This document shows, in pieces, positions 1 through 9,362 of a stretch of 30,749 bases of DNA. The first letter of the stretch is position 1; each line of letters starts with the position of its first letter. The notes beneath the pieces are model-generated. The model searched no databases. It saw nothing but the letters and a program-made list of their open reading frames with translations, and was not told where the DNA came from. Location of the stretch: contig JBDLIE010000030.1 of the NCBI GenBank assembly GCA_039715015.1, positions 1 through 30,749 on the forward strand, read 5' to 3'. The position numbers and the translations under genes are program-made. Origin of the DNA: Thermodesulfobacteriota bacterium. GTDB lineage: Bacteria; Desulfobacterota; Desulfobulbia; Desulfobulbales; SURF-16.

Positions 1-25
1 TTAATAACAACACCCTCAAGCACAA

Positions 26-138
26 CTTGATCAACCTTGTGGTCAAGTTCCGGCTTTCAAAATGATGAAATTCAGGCTCTATTACAACGAAAAGTCGCAC
101 AGGTGTTTTTTCAGAAATTGACCACAAGGTTGATCAAG
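26..138. repeat. Perfect 21-bp inverted repeat pair (CTTGATCAACCTTGTGGTCAA at 26-46, reverse complement at 118-138); each arm is itself a quasi-palindrome
   Basis: Read directly from the sequence; 71 bp between the arms. Confidence 0.9.
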
Positions 139-342
139 AAAAAAACAAAATATAGAGTCAAAAAAAAATATTTATTCGACTCTATATTTTCCACCAGATG
201 CTATTTAAAGAACAGGAAGACCATAATTATCCTCCTATAGGGCTGCATCTTAGAAGGAGAAGATCACCTCCAAAAACGGAGAAGAAAATCACCAAAGGAG
301 TGTTGCAACAAGTAGCCCGACAGTAGCCCAGGCCAAAAACAC

Positions 343-377
343 AAAAAAAGGGCTTACGGTAAAAACCGTAAGCCCTT
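343..377 (-). terminator. Intrinsic terminator downstream of tRNA-Pro
   Basis: AAGGGCTTACGGT-N4-ACCGTAAGCCCTT stem (348-377) followed by a T-tract on the minus strand. Confidence 0.8.
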
Positions 378-385
378 GATATAAT

Positions 386-462
386 TGGTCGGGATGAGAA
401 GATTCGAACTTCCGACCACCTGAACCCCATTCAGGTGCGCTACCAGACTGCGCTACATCCCG
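386..462 (-). tRNA. tRNA-Pro(GGG)
   Basis: Reverse complement CGGGATGTAGCGCAGTCTGGTAGCGCACCTGAATGGGGTTCAGG...GTTCGAATC...CCCGACCA; cloverleaf, GGG anticodon, encoded CCA. Confidence 0.97.
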
Positions 463-498
463 GTTGTTCCTGCAAACTCCCGTGAAACGGGAGGATGT

Positions 499-527
499 TT
501 TTTAGCATTTCAAAAGGTGACTGTCAA
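499..527 (-). promoter_or_regulatory. Putative sigma70 promoter of tRNA-Pro
   Basis: TTGACA-17 bp-TAAAAA with an extended -10 TG on the minus strand. Confidence 0.55.
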
Positions 528-588
528 GAAATGTCCGTGACGAAAAAAAAATGCGCTTAAAAAAATATCGAGAAAGGGCAGAAGACTC

Positions 589-996
589 TTATTTATCACC
601 AGCAAGGATCTTTAAGACTGATTTCAAATCATCCTTGATTTCATTTAAGAGAGGGGTCGATTCTGGAGAAGGCGTTGCGGGTGAAGCTTCTTGTTTTTCC
701 TGAATTTCAATAGCGTTACGATGAGAGGCCAGAAACTTACGAGCACCAGAAATAGTCAGGCCATCCTCTTTAAGGAGTTTCTGGAGGCGAAGAAGATTTT
801 CAACATCCCCTCGGCGATAGAGGCGCTGTTTGGAAGATGCCCTTTGGGGCCGGATAAACTGCTTAAATTCCGACTCCCAATAGCGGACAACATGTTGTTT
901 TAGGCCAGTAATCTTGCAGACCTCGCCAATCTTAAAATACCGTTTTTCTGGAATAGAAACGGTGAGGGAACCCTGGCCAAAAGGTTGGTCACTCAT
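589..996 (-). CDS. MerR-family HTH transcriptional regulator
   Basis: IPEKRYFKIGEVCKITGLKQHVVRYWESEF...RLYRR MerR HTH; conserved pheT-ihfA-merR-tRNA-Pro order. Confidence 0.92.
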   Translation of the reverse strand: MSDQPFGQGSLTVSIPEKRYFKIGEVCKITGLKQHVVRYWESEFKQFIRPQRASSKQRLYRRGDVENLLRLQKLLKEDGLTISGARKFLASHRNAIEIQEKQEASPATPSPESTPLLNEIKDDLKSVLKILAGDK

Positions 997-1027
997 GGGA
1001 TGAGATTGGACCTCTGTAAAATTGATA

Positions 1028-1318
1028 CTACCCGTTTATCTGGTCTCGCAGCCCCTTACTCGCCTTAAAGGTTACCATAGAACGCTTGGAAATTTCCATG
1101 GTTTCTCCAGTGCGGGGATTTCTTCCCACCCGCGATGATTTTTTTCTCACGGTAAAGGTCCCAAACTGAACGAGCTTAATGGATTCCTCTTTCAAAAGAG
1201 TTTGACGCAGACAAGAAAATACTGCATCCACGAGCTCACCTGCACTGCGTTGTGATAGGCCGAGATCTTCATTTATAGTTTTAGCCAGATCTTTTCTGGT
1301 TAAATTTGACCGCTTCAT
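1028..1318 (-). CDS. ihfA: Integration host factor alpha subunit
   Basis: FGTFTVRKKSSRVGRNPRTGE HU/IHF signature; directly after pheT. Confidence 0.9.
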   Translation of the reverse strand: MKRSNLTRKDLAKTINEDLGLSQRSAGELVDAVFSCLRQTLLKEESIKLVQFGTFTVRKKSSRVGRNPRTGETMEISKRSMVTFKASKGLRDQING

Positions 1319-1323
1319 ACCCC

Positions 1324-3744
1324 TTACACCTCTCTTAAACGCCCCTGAAAACGGGACAGGACCATATCAACAATCCGCTGGTGAACCTTGGCAACTGCTT
1401 TTTCCTTTAAAGTCTTTTCCTGAGACCTGTATGTAACAGAAATTGCGACACTTTTAAACCCCTGGCTGATATTTTTTCCCTGATAGACATCAAATAATTC
1501 GACGTTTTCCACAAGCTTTTGCTTCTCGTCCCAAATGGCCGCCACCATTTCACCTGTGGCAATGGACTCAGGAACAAGGATTGCCGTATCCCTTTGTACT
1601 GACGGGTATTTAGGCAGGGGTATGAATTTTTTGGGGGCAGGCGGCAAAGCCGTTAAGGCATCAAAATGGATATCTATAAAATAGACATCCTGCTTAACAC
1701 TAAAATTATTTAAACATTGCTTGGTAAAGCGACCAAGATAACCAAAGGTTTTACCGTCCACAACCAAGAGTAAGGCCTGGGACGAATCAACATAGGGGGG
1801 GTGCTGGGCGTCGGCAACAAAATCAACTTGGGCCAACCTCAACTCCTTTATGAGGGAAAGTGCCACACCCTTGGCATCCGAAAAATCAGTGGCCTTCTGT
1901 TCGAAATAAAGCGCCGGTGCCTGGCCATGACGTCTGCCGCTTAACACGATGGACAATCGTGTTTCCTCATGGGGTTGCTTACCGCGACCCTGAGGGGCAA
2001 AAACCTTACCTATCTCAAAGAGCCGGACATCACCATTTTGATGGTTGATATTACGCCTGACATTCTCAAGCAAGGCAGGGAGAAGGGAGCGGCGCATAAC
2101 ACTCTGATCCTCGGTGAGAGGGTTGAGTATCTCCACTGCCTGACGGCGCTCATCATCAGCAGCCAAACCTAGAAGATCCGCATGTTCAGGAGAAACAAAG
2201 CTATAATTAATAGCCTCGTAACATGAGTTGGCCATCAGAATACCAGAAACATCTTTTTTCAGGCTGCGGCCAGCATCGCGGTTCGCAAAACTCATAGGCA
2301 CAACAGGCAAAGTGGTGCCTATCTCATTGTAGCCGTGCAAACGGGTTACCTCCTCGATGAGATCGGCCTCGCGTTCAATATCGATACGAAAACTTGGAGG
2401 CGTAACACCCAGGGTATCCCCATCAATCTGACGGACAGCCATCTCAATTCCGGACAGATAACCGGTAATGTCATCTGCAGTAAAAGCCGTCCCCAGCAAC
2501 CTATTAGTCTGACTTATCCGGAGAGTATACTCAACAGGAGTAGGCACCCCGCCGGCCAGATCAACCCCTCCCTCTTCCACGGTGGCGCCGGCAATGTCGG
2601 TCAAAACCTGGACAAGACGCTCCATGGCCAGCGGTGCCAGTTGGGGATCAACCCCACGTTCAAAGCGGTAAGAGGCATCCGTGGAAAGGTTAAGATTGCG
2701 GGAAGCCTTGCGAACAGAGATGGCGTTGAAACAGGCTGACTCAAGAAGAATTTCCGTGGTCTTGTCATCCACCTCAGAGTTGCCGCCGCCCATGACACCG
2801 GCAACCGCCACAGGGGCCTCGGCGTCACAGATCATCAGCATACTGGGGTCAAGCTCTCGCTCCTGGCCGTCAAGGGTGGTCAATTTTTCACCCTGGCGTG
2901 CTGTACGGACAACAATCTCATTATGAGCGAGCTTGTTGAAATCAAAGGCATGGAGTGGTTGGCCAAGCTCAAGCATGACAAAATTGGTTGCATCAACCAC
3001 GTTATTGATGGGCCGTTGCCCCACACTAATTAATCTCTTCTGTAACCACCACGGCGAAGGCGCTATGGTAACGTTGGTCATCCGCCGCGCCACGTAACGG
3101 GGGCATAGTGAATCATCCTCAATGCTAATTTTGAAAGAGGAACTCCCCTTAAGTTCAGGCAAAGAATCTATTGAAATCGGCAATTTCAAAGGGTTGCCAG
3201 ACATGGCGGCAACTTCACGGGCCGTGCCGATCACTGAGGCGCAGTCTGGTCTATTTGGGGTCAAGTCAACTTCGACCATGACATCATCAAGTCCCAAAGC
3301 CTCGATGATGCTCTGACCTGACTGGCTGACTCCGGTGAGCTCCATGATACCGTCTGCAGCATCGGCAAATCCAAGTTCCTTAGTCGAGCAAAGCATACCT
3401 TCTGAGGCCTGGCCGCGAATCTTGCTCTTTTTAATTTTAAAACCACCGGGCAGGACAACACCGGGCAAGGCAACAGGCACAAAGATACCAGGACGGGCAT
3501 TGGGAGCCCCGCAAACAATACGTTTCTTTTCTTCGCCGACCTGGACATCACAAACCTGCAAACGGTCTGCATCCGGATGGGGATGGGCCTCGACAATCTC
3601 AGCAACCTTGACGTCTTTAAGCTCAGTGAAAATCTGACTGACCGCGTCAACCTCAAGCCCGGCCATGGTCAAACGGTCAGCAAGCTCCTGTGAGGAGTAA
3701 CTGAAATCTGTGTATTGTTTTAACCAGTCTACTGTAAATTTCAT
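1324..3744 (-). CDS. pheT: Phenylalanyl-tRNA synthetase beta subunit
   Basis: HPDADRL, CGAPN, DLTPNRPDC, RFERGVD, DLIEEV motifs; 806 aa. Confidence 0.98.
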   Translation of the reverse strand: MKFTVDWLKQYTDFSYSSQELADRLTMAGLEVDAVSQIFTELKDVKVAEIVEAHPHPDADRLQVCDVQVGEEKKRIVCGAPNARPGIFVPVALPGVVLPGGFKIKKSKIRGQASEGMLCSTKELGFADAADGIMELTGVSQSGQSIIEALGLDDVMVEVDLTPNRPDCASVIGTAREVAAMSGNPLKLPISIDSLPELKGSSSFKISIEDDSLCPRYVARRMTNVTIAPSPWWLQKRLISVGQRPINNVVDATNFVMLELGQPLHAFDFNKLAHNEIVVRTARQGEKLTTLDGQERELDPSMLMICDAEAPVAVAGVMGGGNSEVDDKTTEILLESACFNAISVRKASRNLNLSTDASYRFERGVDPQLAPLAMERLVQVLTDIAGATVEEGGVDLAGGVPTPVEYTLRISQTNRLLGTAFTADDITGYLSGIEMAVRQIDGDTLGVTPPSFRIDIEREADLIEEVTRLHGYNEIGTTLPVVPMSFANRDAGRSLKKDVSGILMANSCYEAINYSFVSPEHADLLGLAADDERRQAVEILNPLTEDQSVMRRSLLPALLENVRRNINHQNGDVRLFEIGKVFAPQGRGKQPHEETRLSIVLSGRRHGQAPALYFEQKATDFSDAKGVALSLIKELRLAQVDFVADAQHPPYVDSSQALLLVVDGKTFGYLGRFTKQCLNNFSVKQDVYFIDIHFDALTALPPAPKKFIPLPKYPSVQRDTAILVPESIATGEMVAAIWDEKQKLVENVELFDVYQGKNISQGFKSVAISVTYRSQEKTLKEKAVAKVHQRIVDMVLSRFQGRLREV

Positions 3745-3887
3745 TGGGAAAGATTTCCTTGCCCAAGGCCGTTGGAAGTGAGCAACAAAAAACTCACCAA
3801 GAAAATGGCCCTGCTTTTAAAACTAAAAAGGTGAAGGTCCTGAGGAGCTTCACCTAAAAAAATACTATCTCCTCTTTATGCCAACCT

Positions 3888-4892
3888 TTAAAATTGGCGA
3901 AGAAAGCGAAGATCATTCTCATAATAAAGACGTATGTCATTAATGCCATATTTGAGCATGGCAATACGTTCAACACCCAGACCAAAGGCAAAACCTGAAT
4001 AGATTTCCGGGTCGTAATCAACCTTTTTGAAAACCTCGGGATCTATCATGCCTGCTCCCAAAATCTCCAACCAGCCTGTCTGCTTACAAACACGGCAGCC
4101 CTTACTGTTGCACATCACGCAGCCGATATCGACTTCGGCACTTGGCTCTGTAAAGGGAAAGAAGCTCGGTCGAAAACGGATGGGTGTGGTTTCATCAAAC
4201 ATCTTGGCGATGAAAACGGACAGGACGCCCTTCAAATCAGCAAAGGAGACGTTGGTATCCACCAGGAATCCTTCAACCTGATGAAACATAGGGGTATGGG
4301 TAATATCGGAATCGCAGCGATACACCTTGCCAGGAGCAATCACCCGCAGGGGCGGCTCCTTGGTTTCCATAACCCGGGCCTGCATGGGAGAGGTGTGGGT
4401 CCTGAGCAAAATTGAATCATCCACATAAAACGTGTCATGCATGTCACGGGCTGGATGATGGGCAGGGATATTGAGGGCCTCGAAATTATAAAAATCAGTC
4501 TCAACATCTGGACCTTCGGCAACCGTAAAACCCAATCCTTCAAAGATCTCGCAGATCTCTTCCATGATTTGGGTAACAGGATGCAATTTGCCCTGAGGCT
4601 GCATCCTGCCTGGCAGAGTAAGGTCTATATCAGAGGCGTCCCCGGCCACCTGGGCCAGGGAGGCTTTCTTTTCATCAAAACGAAGTTGGAGATCCTTCTT
4701 GAGCTCATTGGCCAGTTGACCAAGGCGGGGGCGATCTTCCTTAGGAGCATCGCCCAATTGCCGCATGAGCTGAGTAAAAGGGCTTTTCCGCCCGAAATAT
4801 TTTATCCGGAACGGTTCCAGATCAGCAACACCGGCAATGGCGGCCAGATCACTTGCGCCCTCTTCAGCCAGTTTTTGTAATGCTTCTTCCAT
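3888..4892 (-). CDS. pheS: Phenylalanyl-tRNA synthetase alpha subunit
   Basis: HPARDMHDTF, LRTHTSP, FHQVEG, FPFTEPS, GLGVERIAM. Confidence 0.98.
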   Translation of the reverse strand: MEEALQKLAEEGASDLAAIAGVADLEPFRIKYFGRKSPFTQLMRQLGDAPKEDRPRLGQLANELKKDLQLRFDEKKASLAQVAGDASDIDLTLPGRMQPQGKLHPVTQIMEEICEIFEGLGFTVAEGPDVETDFYNFEALNIPAHHPARDMHDTFYVDDSILLRTHTSPMQARVMETKEPPLRVIAPGKVYRCDSDITHTPMFHQVEGFLVDTNVSFADLKGVLSVFIAKMFDETTPIRFRPSFFPFTEPSAEVDIGCVMCNSKGCRVCKQTGWLEILGAGMIDPEVFKKVDYDPEIYSGFAFGLGVERIAMLKYGINDIRLYYENDLRFLRQF

Positions 4893-4903
4893 GAAATCCA
4901 GCC

Positions 4904-5248
4904 TTAGGAAGCAAGTTTTACTACTTCAGCAAAGGCGTTAGGATCAAGAATTGCCATATTGGAAAGGCTCTTGCGATCAAGCTCGACTTGGGCTTTCTTC
5001 AGTCCGCCCATCAGCCGGGAATAATTGGTGCCATTTATTTTGGCGGCAGCACTGATACGGGCTATCCACAGACGACGAAAATCGCGCTTCTTGTTACGGC
5101 GATCACGATAGGCATAACATAAGGCTTTATCAACCGCTTCAGTGGCGGAGCGGAACAAACGACTCCGGCCTCCACGGTAGCCTTTGGCAAGCTTGAGGAC
5201 TCTATTTCTTCTGCGGCGTGCTTTGAAACCGCGGGTTACTCTTGGCAT
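4904..5248 (-). CDS. rplT: 50S ribosomal protein L20
   Basis: [31 protein letters not shown]. Confidence 0.98.
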   Translation of the reverse strand: MPRVTRGFKARRRRNRVLKLAKGYRGGRSRLFRSATEAVDKALCYAYRDRRNKKRDFRRLWIARISAAAKINGTNYSRLMGGLKKAQVELDRKSLSNMAILDPNAFAEVVKLAS

Positions 5249-5423
5249 TGTATTCTCCTTAGGGATTTTTTGGGCAGATCCTCTGCCGTCCCATTATGAA
5301 TAGTTTTGGTTTTTAAGGCCACTTGCTAAAAAAAAGAAATGGATGTCACCTTCATCAGGTCAACGATCCATTCTCCTGGCAACCAATGGCAGCCAACAGC
5401 CTCCTGTAAAAACAGGAAAACTG

Positions 5424-5621
5424 TTACATATATGGAACCATACGCTTGACGGCAGCAGTGCTGCTCGCATCAACGAGACCAGACTTGCGCAGGTTTCTTT
5501 TTCTCTTAGTGCTCTTCTTGGTAAGGATATGGCTGGTATAGGCCTTAGCCCTTTTAACCTTTCCTGAACCGGTTGCTTTGAAACGCTTGGCAGCGCCTCT
5601 TTTTGTCTTCATCTTAGGCAT
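5424..5621 (-). CDS. rpmI: 50S ribosomal protein L35
   Basis: [20 protein letters not shown]...HILTKK. Confidence 0.98.
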   Translation of the reverse strand: MPKMKTKRGAAKRFKATGSGKVKRAKAYTSHILTKKSTKRKRNLRKSGLVDASSTAAVKRMVPYM

Positions 5622-5639
5622 GGTAATGCTCCTTATCTA

Positions 5640-5748
5640 GTAACTGTTCAGCTACACCCCATCTTTAAACGATCAGGCCTGCTCACATAGGCAGGCTATA
5701 GACTCACAGGTCTGCTTGTTCAAATCTGGGGCATATCTGAACAGTTAC
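5640..5748. repeat. 109-bp MITE/REP-like palindromic element with 12-bp terminal inverted repeats GTAACTGTTCAG...CTGAACAGTTAC
   Basis: Perfect 12-bp TIRs, imperfect internal pairing (CCCCATCTTTAAAC / GTTCAAATCTGGGG); an extra partial end GAACAGTTAC at 5777-5786. Confidence 0.7.
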
Positions 5749-5955
5749 AACCTGAGCTAATGCTTGTCTTCTTGCCGAACAGTTACCTTATATATAAATG
5801 TATAACTGCTTCATTAGCCGTCTTGGCAGCCAGCCCCAAGGAGGGGGCCAGCCAAAAAACAAAACTCTGCAACAGCCAAGGAACCGAAGCAGAGATACCC
5901 TGTAACACATTTTAGCTTTTGGTGAAAGCCAGCAAATGAGGTGAAGGTAAAAAAA

Positions 5956-6501
5956 CTATTTTTTATGGGGGGCGACCATCATTACCATCTGCCGCCCTTC
6001 CATCATGGGCTGCTGGACAATAGTGGCAACATCCTCAAGCTGTACGGCAACCTTGTTAAGAACCTCGCGTCCCAGAGTATCGGCATAGACAATCTCGCGG
6101 CCCCGAAAACGCAAGGTAACCTTCACCTTGTTGTTTTGTCCCAGGAACTTTCTGATATTACGGATCTTGAAGTCAAGATCATGTTTTTCTGTCTTAGGAC
6201 GGAGCTTAATCTCCTTTACCTCAACAACGCTTTGCTTCTTACGGGCCTCAGCCTGTTTCTTGGACTGTTCATAGCGATACTTGCCATAATCCATGATCCG
6301 GCAAACAGGCGGTTTAGCAGTAGGAGATACTTCAACCAGGTCAAGACCGTCTTCCTCAGCCAGGGCAATTGCCTGACTTGTGGGGATAACACCCAGCTGC
6401 TCACCAGCAGCGTCAATGACACGCACCTCCTCAATGCGAATCATGCTGTTGACTCTGGCGCGAACCTCACGCTGTTGTTTTACACTCTTCTTTCTTTTAA
6501 T
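5956..6501 (-). CDS. infC: Translation initiation factor IF-3, probable AUU start at 6501
   Basis: LDLVEVSPTAKPPVCRIMDYGKY, KVKVTLRFRGRE; frame is open 19 codons upstream of the ATG to an ATT preceded by SD GAGGTG. Confidence 0.96.
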   Translation of the reverse strand: MKRKKSVKQQREVRARVNSMIRIEEVRVIDAAGEQLGVIPTSQAIALAEEDGLDLVEVSPTAKPPVCRIMDYGKYRYEQSKKQAEARKKQSVVEVKEIKLRPKTEKHDLDFKIRNIRKFLGQNNKVKVTLRFRGREIVYADTLGREVLNKVAVQLEDVATIVQQPMMEGRQMVMMVAPHKK

Positions 6502-6535
6502 GCCTACACCTCACGTCTTGGTTAATTTTGTGCAT

Positions 6536-8470
6536 TTACCCTTCCAGGCCCTGGCTCTTTTTTGATTCACGGCTGATCAATTCCGTGAATTCTGCCACAG
6601 GCATAGGATCAAGGTTTTTACCGTTTTTGAGACGGACTGTTACCATACCCGTCTCCATCTCTTTATCACCAACAATGACCATATATGGAATCTTGGCCAT
6701 CTGGGCCTCACGGATCTTGAAATTCAACTTCTCATTGCGGACGTCCTTGTTTACCCGCACGCCATTTTTGCGGAGCTGAGCATAGACATCTTCCGCGTAG
6801 GCCAGTTGGTTATCCGTAATATTAAGGACAACGACCTGAACCGGTGCCATCCACAGAGGAAAGGCGCCGGCATAATGTTCAATAAGCACACCGAAGAATC
6901 GCTCCAGGGAACCCATCAAGGCCCGGTGGATCATAATGGGCTGATGCTCCTTGCCGTCCTCACCGGTATAACTGATGGCAAAACGTTCCGGCAGGTTAAA
7001 ATCCACCTGAATGGTGGAGCATTGCCAGGAACGACCAAGGACATCCTTAATCTTGATATCAATCTTTGGTCCGTAAAATACCCCTTCGCCCGGATCGACC
7101 TCATACTTGAGACCTTTTTTGTCCAGAGCGCTCTTCAGGGCATTTGTCGACTGCTCCCAGTTCTCGTCACTGCCCACATACTTATCAGGCTGGGTGGAGA
7201 GATAGATATCATACTCTGTAAAACCAAAGGTCTTTAAGATGTGAAGATTGAGGTCAATGATGTTAAAGATCTCTTCTTCCAGCTGACTTGGCAGAACAAA
7301 GATATGGGCATCATCCTGAGTAAAACCGCGGACCCGCATGAGGCCCTGCAGAGCGCCGGTTCTTTCATAGCGATAGACAGTTCCAAGTTCGCACCAACGG
7401 ATGGGAAATTCGCGATAGCTCCGTTTCTTGCTGGTGTAGATACCGATATGAAACGGGCAATTCATGGGCTTGAGCTGATAATCAACGCCATCGACATCCA
7501 TGGGGGAAAACATATCCTCGGCATAGAAGTCAAGATGGCCGCTGGTGGCCCACAGGTCACGCTTGGCAATATGCGGGGTGTAAAGCAGCTCGTAGCCGTT
7601 CTCGTAATGCTCGTTGCGCCAGTAATCTTCGATGAGTTTACGGGCCAGAGCACCCTTGGGCAGCCACAGGGTAAGTCCGGGGCCGACCTGCTCGTTGATT
7701 GTAAAGAGCTCCAGCTCTTTACCGAGTTTACGGTGATCCCGCTTCTTGGCCTCTTCAATCTGATGGAGATATTTTTTCAAGGCCTTGGGGTCAAAAAAGG
7801 CGGTAGCGTAGAGGCGCTGGAGCATGGGACGTTTCTCGTCACCACGCCAGTAAGCACCGGCCAAACGCATAATTTTAAAGGCCCGCAGAAAACCGGTATG
7901 GGGAATATGAGGGCCGCGGCAGAGATCAACAAATTCACCTTGCCCGTAGAGGCTGACCTCGTCATCGGTGAGTTCTTCAAGTAACTCGACCTTGTACTCC
8001 TGGTTACGCTCCTTGAAAAAAGCAATGGCGTCCTGACGAGACATGGTCTGCCGGGCAAAGGGGAGATTTTGACCGACAATCTCCTTCATCCTCTTTTCAA
8101 TGGCCTCAAAATCGTCGGGAGTAAAGGGTTCCGGACGATCAAAATCATAGTAAAAACCATCGGCGGTGGAAGGGCCGATGGCAACCTTGACATCTGTACC
8201 AAAGAGTTCAACAACTGCCTGGGCCATGACATGGGCTGCTGAATGGCGCAGGAGATCAAGCCCCTCATCACTTGCAGTGGTAATGGGGGTCAACTGCAGA
8301 CTCTGGTCAAGGGCGGTCGTTAAATCCAAGGCCCGGTCATCTGCCATAACGGCCAATGTCTTTTTGCGTTCCTTACTGGAGCACAGGGCTTTTACCGCCT
8401 CCTGAACCGTGGTCCCGGCGGCGAACGATGCGGCATTACCGCCTGCTATGGAAATTTCAATGTCGGCCAT
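6536..8470 (-). CDS. thrS: Threonyl-tRNA synthetase
   Basis: RHSAAH, DLCRGPH, RDHRKLG, KPMNCP, RVRGFTQDD, FYGPKID; start placed at MADIEI (ATG 8470). Confidence 0.97.
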   Translation of the reverse strand: MADIEISIAGGNAASFAAGTTVQEAVKALCSSKERKKTLAVMADDRALDLTTALDQSLQLTPITTASDEGLDLLRHSAAHVMAQAVVELFGTDVKVAIGPSTADGFYYDFDRPEPFTPDDFEAIEKRMKEIVGQNLPFARQTMSRQDAIAFFKERNQEYKVELLEELTDDEVSLYGQGEFVDLCRGPHIPHTGFLRAFKIMRLAGAYWRGDEKRPMLQRLYATAFFDPKALKKYLHQIEEAKKRDHRKLGKELELFTINEQVGPGLTLWLPKGALARKLIEDYWRNEHYENGYELLYTPHIAKRDLWATSGHLDFYAEDMFSPMDVDGVDYQLKPMNCPFHIGIYTSKKRSYREFPIRWCELGTVYRYERTGALQGLMRVRGFTQDDAHIFVLPSQLEEEIFNIIDLNLHILKTFGFTEYDIYLSTQPDKYVGSDENWEQSTNALKSALDKKGLKYEVDPGEGVFYGPKIDIKIKDVLGRSWQCSTIQVDFNLPERFAISYTGEDGKEHQPIMIHRALMGSLERFFGVLIEHYAGAFPLWMAPVQVVVLNITDNQLAYAEDVYAQLRKNGVRVNKDVRNEKLNFKIREAQMAKIPYMVIVGDKEMETGMVTVRLKNGKNLDPMPVAEFTELISRESKKSQGLEG

Positions 8471-8501
8471 GAAGATTCGAACTCTCTTGCAATACCTGAA
8501 C

Positions 8502-8540
8502 AAAAAACTTCGCAACATCAATACAAAATGCTGCGAAGTC
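8502..8540 (-). terminator. Terminator-like hairpin between tRNA-Val and thrS
   Basis: Minus strand ACTTCGCAGCAT...ATGTTGCGAAGT followed by TTTTT. Confidence 0.65.
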
Positions 8541-8546
8541 TAAAAA

Positions 8547-8621
8547 TGGTAGACCCGGGCGGGATTGAACCGCCGACCCCTACAGTGTCAGTGTAGTGCT
8601 CTCCCACTGAGCTACGAGTCT
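8547..8621 (-). tRNA. tRNA-Val(GAC)
   Basis: Reverse complement AGACTCGTAGCTCAGTGGGAGAGCACTACACTGACACTGTAG...GGTTCAATCC...GGGTCTACCA. Confidence 0.97.
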
Positions 8622-8762
8622 ACAAAAATCTATATAACCACCATCCTGCCGGACGGTGATGATTCTAAGAAAAACGCAGAATTAATTACCAGTTCTGAGC
8701 ATTCCTGTCAATGAGAAAAGGCTGATCTTCATTGAAACCAAAAGAGATCTGCCGCTTTGATA

Positions 8763-9362
8763 TTACGCCTTTTTTCGGGCCTCAATGGCCCGGCTCAAAG
8801 TGAGCTCGTCGGCATATTTAATATCCATGCCCATGGGAATACCGCAGGCCAAACGCGTCACCTTGACCTTGGTACCCTGGAGACGGTTGCTGAGATAGGC
8901 GGCTGTGGCCTCTCCCGGCACAGTGGAGCTGGTGGCGATAAGCACCTCTTTGACCTGGTGCTTGCGGACCCGATTGATGAGGGCGTCGACCTTAATTTCT
9001 CCCGGACCGATACCGTCCATGGGCGACAAAACACCGTGGAGGATATGGTACTTGCCCTTAAAAGTTTCTGTTTTTTCAATGGCCATCAGATCGCCGGGTT
9101 CCTCCACCACGCAAACAATGGATGGATCCCGGCGGCTGTCGCCGCAAATATCGCAGGGATCGTGCTCGGAAAAGGCAAAACAGTTGGAGCAAAGGGTAAT
9201 AGCATCATGGAGACCAGCCAGGTCCCGAGCCAGGCCCCTGGCCTCCTCAGACGGACGGCGCAGGAGATGGAGTGCCAGCCTGGTCGCGGTCTTCTGACCA
9301 ATACCGGGAAGCCGTTTAAAATCAGCGATCAGCTTTTCAAGAGCCGGGGGGACAACGTTCAT
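8763..9362 (-). CDS. recR: Recombination mediator RecR
   Basis: LPGIGQKTATRLA HhH, C4 Zn finger, YHILHGVLSPMDGIGP Toprim. Confidence 0.97.
   Translation of the reverse strand: MNVVPPALEKLIADFKRLPGIGQKTATRLALHLLRRPSEEARGLARDLAGLHDAITLCSNCFAFSEHDPCDICGDSRRDPSIVCVVEEPGDLMAIEKTETFKGKYHILHGVLSPMDGIGPGEIKVDALINRVRKHQVKEVLIATSSTVPGEATAAYLSNRLQGTKVKVTRLACGIPMGMDIKYADELTLSRAIEARKKA

Noticed and set aside
37..430. 67-aa ORFs at 37-240 and 227-430
   Set aside because: They overlap the tRNA, terminator or inverted repeat, lack an SD and have low-complexity translations
5335..5375. CTGATGA on the minus strand resembling a hammerhead ribozyme core
   Set aside because: No GAAA element or three-stem junction follows; it sits inside a simple hairpin
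7241..7984. Long antisense ORFs (also 8757-9380, 15191-15898, 20392-21120)
   Set aside because: Shadows of well-supported genes on the opposite strand, with no recognisable motifs
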